DNA from: Macrostomum lignano
Taxonomy: Eukaryota
Direction of reading: 5' to 3'
Assembly: GCA_002269645.1 (NCBI GenBank)
Contig: NIVC01003154.1
Coordinates: 1 to 64,000, forward strand
Length of the DNA: 64,000 nucleotides
Shown piece by piece: positions 58,566 to 64,000 of the stretch. A program made the position numbers and the translations under genes. The notes under the pieces were generated by a model. That model saw only the letters and a program-made list of their open reading frames with translations, was not told the DNA's origin and made no database searches. The first letter of the stretch is position 1. Each line of letters opens with the position of its first letter.

Positions 58566-59960
58566 TTTGTATGTTTAAATAATAAACTTACGTTGAACAC
58601 AATTTATTGCAAACGAACTCTACAAAATACACGTTGTCAAGAGTAACGAAAGTGATAAACAAATAAACCCTTGAAAATAATGTTAAATATGTTGTAGAAT
58701 TATACAGTGTAACATTATAAAATAGTTAAAGTTATTAAAATACATTATTATAGCTTTTCTATCATTTTCATTAGACTCATTTTAGGTCGTAATTAAACTT
58801 ACCGTTTTAACAAATCATTTTATTAAAAATAAAGCTATACAAAAATAATTTGTGCTTTAATAGACTTTTTTACCTTTTAAAAACTTGAATAAATTTATTT
58901 TATTGCTTTATTGCTTTCAAATTGCCAAAAAACGAATTTTCATAAAACTTGCCCCTGATTTTTGGATTTCACCATGTATTAAAAATAGCACATCACTTTT
59001 TTTATATCTTAAACTGTTTAATAAAATGTAGATAAGAAAAATTTTGGCCAAAAACTTTTTTAGGAAATAACTTTTTTAAATTTTATTATTTTAAGCATGT
59101 CAATACAAATAAAAGTGCTAGTTTTAAATAAAAATATTTCTAACTTAGATTCTTTAAAACTTTGATATTCACTTTCAAGATATGTTATTATTTATAACTT
59201 AATAAAACTTTCTTGTATATAACATATTTAGGTAAACATAAACAATATCTTTTTGCCTATATTTATTTTTGTCTTTTTAATTAGCATTGCCAAATAGTCT
59301 ATAGTTTTTTTTTTCAGATCCAATTGAATTTTACTTTAAGATTATACATAACATTATATTTAAGCTAAACAACTACTAGTTCTATTATTATAATATTATC
59401 TAATACAAAATTATTACACTAAAAGATATTGATTTTCATTAGATTCCTATATACTTCCCCAGGATCCCCAAGATTACTAAAAATAAATACTTTTTCTTTG
59501 TTCACTTAAGATTTAATAAACTACGAAAAAAACAATTTTTTATGCTTTGTACAATTGTAGTCTGCACTATAGTAGTTAGTTTGCTTATACCTTTGTTACT
59601 TATTTTAGTGCAAATACTATAGATAAACAAGAAAAAAATTATTCGCCTTTCGTTGGCGTTATTACCACCGACGTACGTTGTTTTGTAGAAAAACATGCTT
59701 TCGAAATAATGCTAATGTTTTCCAGGAAAATTTTATCGGTTAAAGAAAATAAGAGCATTAAGTTAAATATTGTACGAAAGCATGTAGTTCATACTTCAGC
59801 AGTATTGCTTATTGAAACCTTGAAGTGTATTAGTCCCACATTCAATATCAACTGAGCACATAATTAACATTTCTAATGTCAATTTGTTCATTTTTAATTA
59901 CAAAGCGTGCCGTATTTTTCAACCTTTGGACCTGTTCAGCTGACATTTGATAGCAATCGC

Positions 59961-62900
59961 ATGTCAGCAATAGCAGGTATGTCTGAATCAATACAGCCAG
60001 ACCAAAACGATATTGATGACTCCGCGAAGCTAATATCGTCTGCCTATCAGCAAGTTAATCATGGCATCAATGAGACGTTTCATTATGAAGTTGATAAAAA
60101 GAACGCCGATTTTCAAGGGGGTAAGACATCTGTTGCACTTCATTTTCGTAAACCCAGACTATATCGGAGACACAAGATTTTCTGTTGGAACTTTTCCTGC
60201 TGTTGAGGTTTCAATGTAACTCGCATTTATTTGCGTTTTTTAGTGTTTTACAATGAACGCAATCGTGAGTTTTTGGCTATGGACGCAAACGGAATTTTAC
60301 AAGTTAAACCACAATCTCCGAATAAGCCGAGTAAGCCCGTTGCGTATTACCCTAATTAATATCAATATTTGGCTAGTAATTTTAATTCTCAATACATAGA
60401 AGTTTCTTCACAAATTTCAGTTCAGCGCATTGCTCACTATCCAAAGTATGAGTACAGCCTCTTGTCTCAGTTAATCTATTATAGACAGTACAATATCTAC
60501 TTTGCACTCAACAAACAGTCGGCTTTGTTGGTAAGTTTTTTTGCAGTTAAAAAATCTAAGTCCTGATAAAAACAATTTTTAGAACAGAATTTTATTCTTC
60601 AATTTCAGGTTCTGAACAGATTCTTTGAAGAAATGGTGCCAGTCACGTTTGAGCAAAGAAACGTTTTAGCAATGATATTTGACAAGTCACGTGACCAGCT
60701 AATTACCAATGGCGCATACGGCACGAAGGTATGGCTGATCATTTGTAGTATCAATGAAGCTTTTCTGGCACATTAACAGTAGGAATGCCAAGCCATTTTT
60801 CCGCCTGTCGAACTACCAAGGGTCCCCCCTGAAAAGGCAGTCGAGATATTCAACAATTCTGCTAGAAGGTCAGATTTTTTCATAGTCACCTGGTGCCACC
60901 TGTTGAAGCTGTAGAAGCTCCGCTTGGGTGAAGGCCAGGGACCAACGAAGTCAGGGCTGATGCAGACACATGTGGTCGACGTGCTGGTGGAATTTGGAGG
61001 CTTGGCAAGGCTGCACTGATGCACTGAATACACTGGCGCATATGGGAAAAATCCGACCTTCTGACAGAATCGTTGAATATCTCGACGGTCCGGAGGGCTG
61101 GCGACTTGATTCTTGTTTGAGAAGGTGCACAACAAAAAGTTAGACCGTGTTATTGAATTTTGTGTGCCTGCGTTGCTGCGTTCCGGCGCAGAAAAAAATT
61201 GTCAGGATGGGAGGGGGAATCACCCCTTTGTAGTTCTACTGTTTAGAAACGGTCATCTCCCTCCAAATCAACAGTTCTGGGTGTTCCAACCGAAAACGGA
61301 GAAGCATCTGATGCTTGGCAAGGCAATGTCCAACTATGAGCTGAAGCTCATTGAGCACCTGGAGGACCTGGGCGGCAGCTGGGTGAAGTATGTTGACATT
61401 GATTACAACCACGACCACTTGTACTACTGCTCTGAGACTGACGTTCGCTGCTACAGCCTTTCCGGCTTTGATCGAGCCAAGCTGCTGTTTAAATTGGATG
61501 AGTGAGTCAGCTCCATGCCGCTCAGTTTGCCTATATAGAACTACTTGGTGGAAGTAGTGTCCTAGCGGTCACATAACTGTGTTATGTTGTAAAACAGAGG
61601 TCGACAACTTTTTTACCTCAAGGGCCAGGTAAAAAATATAGATCATTACTGCGGATCAGATAGGAAAGGAAAGGAGAGGGAATAGAAAAGAGAGAAGAGG
61701 CAAGATATTAAAGATGAGACATGGGAGGCGAAATGAGAGATACGATGAGAGGAGAGGAGATATGAGAAGAGTGAAGAAAGGAGAGGAGACGAGAGAAAAG
61801 AGGAGAGGAAAGACAAGAGAAGATAAATAGTAGCGGAGATATGAGAGACGAGAAGCAAGGAGAGATGAGAGGAGAGAGATGAAAGGAAAGACTGGAGAGG
61901 TGAGATGAGAAGAGGACAGAGATGAGAGTAGAGAGGAGAGAACTGAGATGATCACACACAAGACTTAAGTGAGGGCCGGATAGAGAGGCTTCGCGGGCCG
62001 CATGTTGCAAACACTTCGAAATCCTTGCAGCTGCCATCGCATGGAGATCACGGGCTGCCTGTTCTCAAACTCTCAGCAACTGCTGGTAACATCCAGCATG
62101 GACACCGAGGTGAAGCTCTGGAACACTAAGCACGGCTTCCTGACCTCGTTTCTCGGCCACTCTCAGGGCATCACCGGGATGTACTTTTATCCTGGCGACG
62201 AGTCGCGAGTAATCACGGCCTCCCTGGACGGCTCAGTGCGGCTTTGGTCCCTGGCGCTGCAGGAGTGCCAGATGACTGTCCAGGCGCTGCACTCGGACCC
62301 GGTGATCTGGTCTGGCATGGCGCACCAGCGTCTCATGTTTGTTGCGTCAACTAGGCAGTTTGCGCTGCTGCACATCAACTACTTGCCGGTGTATTGGTCC
62401 GAGTGCCGTTCGCAGGTGAATGTTGGATGGATAATGGGCTGAAAGTTTCAGGTTTATAAATGCTTTAATTATGACTTGGTTGTGTTTAGATGGTCTGGAG
62501 CTGTCATGATGTGTCTCAGATGGTCTGGAGCTGTAGTAGAGTAGCTCAGGTGGTCTGAAGCTATAGTAGAGTAGCTCAGGTGGTCTGAAGCTGTAGTGGA
62601 GTTGCTCAGATGGTCTGGAGCTGTAGTGGAGTTGCTCAGATGGTCTGGAGCTGTAGTGGAGTTGCTCAGATGGTCTGGAGCTGTAGTGGAGTTGCTCAGA
62701 TGGTCTGGAGCTGTAGTAGATGGTCTGGAGCTGTAGTAGATGGTCTGGAGCTGTAGTAGATGGTCTGGAGATGTAGTAGATGGTCTGGAGCTGTAGTAGA
62801 TGGTCTGGAGCTGTAGTAGATGGTCTGGAGCTGTAGTAGAGTTGCTCAGATGGTCTGGAGCTGTAGTAGAGTTGCTCAGATGGTCTGGAGCTGTAGTAGA

Positions 62901-63641
62901 GTAGCTCAGGTGGTCTGAAGCTGTAGTGGAGTTGCTCAGATGGTCTGGAGCTGTAGTGGAGTTGCTCAGGTGGTCTGGAGCTGTAGTGGAGTTGCTCAGG
63001 TGGTCTGGAGCTGTAGTGGAGTTGCTCAGGTGGTCTGGAGCTGTAGTGGAGTTGCTCAGATGGTCTGGAGCTGTAGTGGAGTTGCTCAGGTGGTCTGGAG
63101 CTGTAGTGGAGTTGCTCAGATGGTCTGGAGCTGTAGTGGAGTTGCTCAGATGGTCTGGAGCTGTAGTAGAGTTGCTCAGATGGTCTGGAGCTGTAGTGGA
63201 GTTGCTCAGATGGTCTGGAGCTGTAGTAGAGTTGCTCAGATGGTCTGGAGCGGTAGTGGAGTTGCTCGAGCTGCAGATTTGGCCAAAATTCGCAGACTCG
63301 TGGGCTTATCTATGATCCGATAAAACCCAATTGTCTGTCCACAGGCCACCCGCTTGTCCTTGGTGGGCACCAGCGGCGGAATCTGCGGTGCCACGCCACA
63401 GAAGTCCACCCGCCTGTTGGCTCTGTGCGAGGACAGCAGCGTCCGGCTTTACTCAAGACGCGACGGGCGGCTCCTGAGCAGCCTGCTCACTCCGCCTGAC
63501 GTGTCGCCGCTCGACCGCGTACTCGACGTCTGTCATTCCCGCGCCACCGGCCTAACCTTCGTGCTACTCGACGGCGACAGACTGTGGGTGTACTTTGCCA
63601 AGAGCAACCCAGCCTGCAGGCTTCACGCCTGGACTATGAAA
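59961..63641 (+). CDS. WD40-repeat protein, WDR97/WDR87-like, 5' portion (continues past the window)
   Basis: Exons are 59961-60120, 60244-60330, 60421-60530, 60609-60728, 61275-61501, 62031-62415 (LVTSSMDTEVKLW, GHSQGITG, ITASLDGSVRLW) and 63345-63641 (RLLALCEDSSVRLYS...SNPAC). All seven are GT-AG and phase-consistent. The family assignment rests on recalled similarity to WDR87/97 and needs a search. Confidence 0.85.
61595..62018. mobile_element. Diverged copy of the hAT MITE family with an expanded GA-rich core
   Basis: The ends cagaggtcgacaactttttt...aagggccag and gagggccggatagagaggcttcgcggg match the 40009-40262 element in reverse orientation. Confidence 0.7.
62485..63270. repeat. 30-bp/20-bp minisatellite (tggtctggagctgtagtggagttgctcaga) in WD40 gene intron 6
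   Basis: Direct inspection. Confidence 0.95.
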
Positions 63642-63649
63642 GTAAGGGG

Positions 63650-64000
63650 AATGAGTGAGTCACTCTATGAACTGTCTGAGAATGATTGAGTCACTCTATG
63701 AGCTGTCTGAGAATGAGTGAGTCACTCTATGAGCTGTCTGAGAATGAGTGAGTCACTCTGTGAGCTGTCTGAGAATGAGTGAGTCACTCTGTGAGCTGTC
63801 TGAGAATGAGTGAGTCACTCTGTGAGCTGTCTGAGAATGACTGAGTCACTGTGTGAGCTGTCTGAGAATGATTGAGTCACTCTGTGAGCTGTCTGAGAAT
63901 GATTGAGTCACTCTGTGAGCTGTCTGAGAATGAGTGAGTCACTCTGTGAGCTGTCTGAGAATGATTGAGTCACTCTGTGAGCTGTCTGAGAATGATTGAG
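63650..64000. repeat. 31-bp minisatellite (gagtcactctgtgagctgtctgagaatgagt) in WD40 gene intron 7
   Basis: Direct inspection. It runs off the end of the window. Confidence 0.93.

Noticed and set aside
60773-61135. Minus-strand 120-aa ORF
   Set aside because: It lies in WD40 intron 4 and shares a motif of about 45 bp (aatcgttgaatatctcga) with about 42555-42600, suggesting a repeat remnant.

Overview
This is eukaryotic (metazoan) genomic DNA. GC-rich exons are separated by introns packed with minisatellites and (AGAC)n tracts. That style suggests a free-living flatworm such as Macrostomum; this is an inference and was not verified. Eight protein-coding genes were reconstructed by hand from splice sites and reading-frame phase. 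They are: (1) a 79-aa secreted prepropeptide (-, 3 exons) that the ORF track misses; (2) a BMP/TGF-beta ligand lacking the inter-chain cysteine (-); (3) JMJD6 (+); (4) NUP42/NUPL2 with GGLFS instead of FG repeats (+); (5) an orphan 2-TM protein (+); (6) a divergent casein-kinase-1-family kinase with probable GC-AG introns and a 1-nt frameshift (+); (7) a JIP3/JIP4-like scaffold that stops after RH2 with no WD40 domain (-); and (8) the 5' part of a WDR97/WDR87-like WD40 gene (+), head-to-head with the JIP gene. Mobile DNA includes a decayed 1.3-kb mariner, a tRNA-derived SINE with a target-site duplication, hAT MITEs and foldback elements. About 25 tandem arrays generate most of the long ORFs in the track, and those ORFs are spurious. 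No rRNA, intact tRNA or CRISPR array was seen. The most promising leads are the hidden disulfide-loop peptide precursor (2758-3709), the six-cysteine BMP and the short RILP-like JIP3/4.
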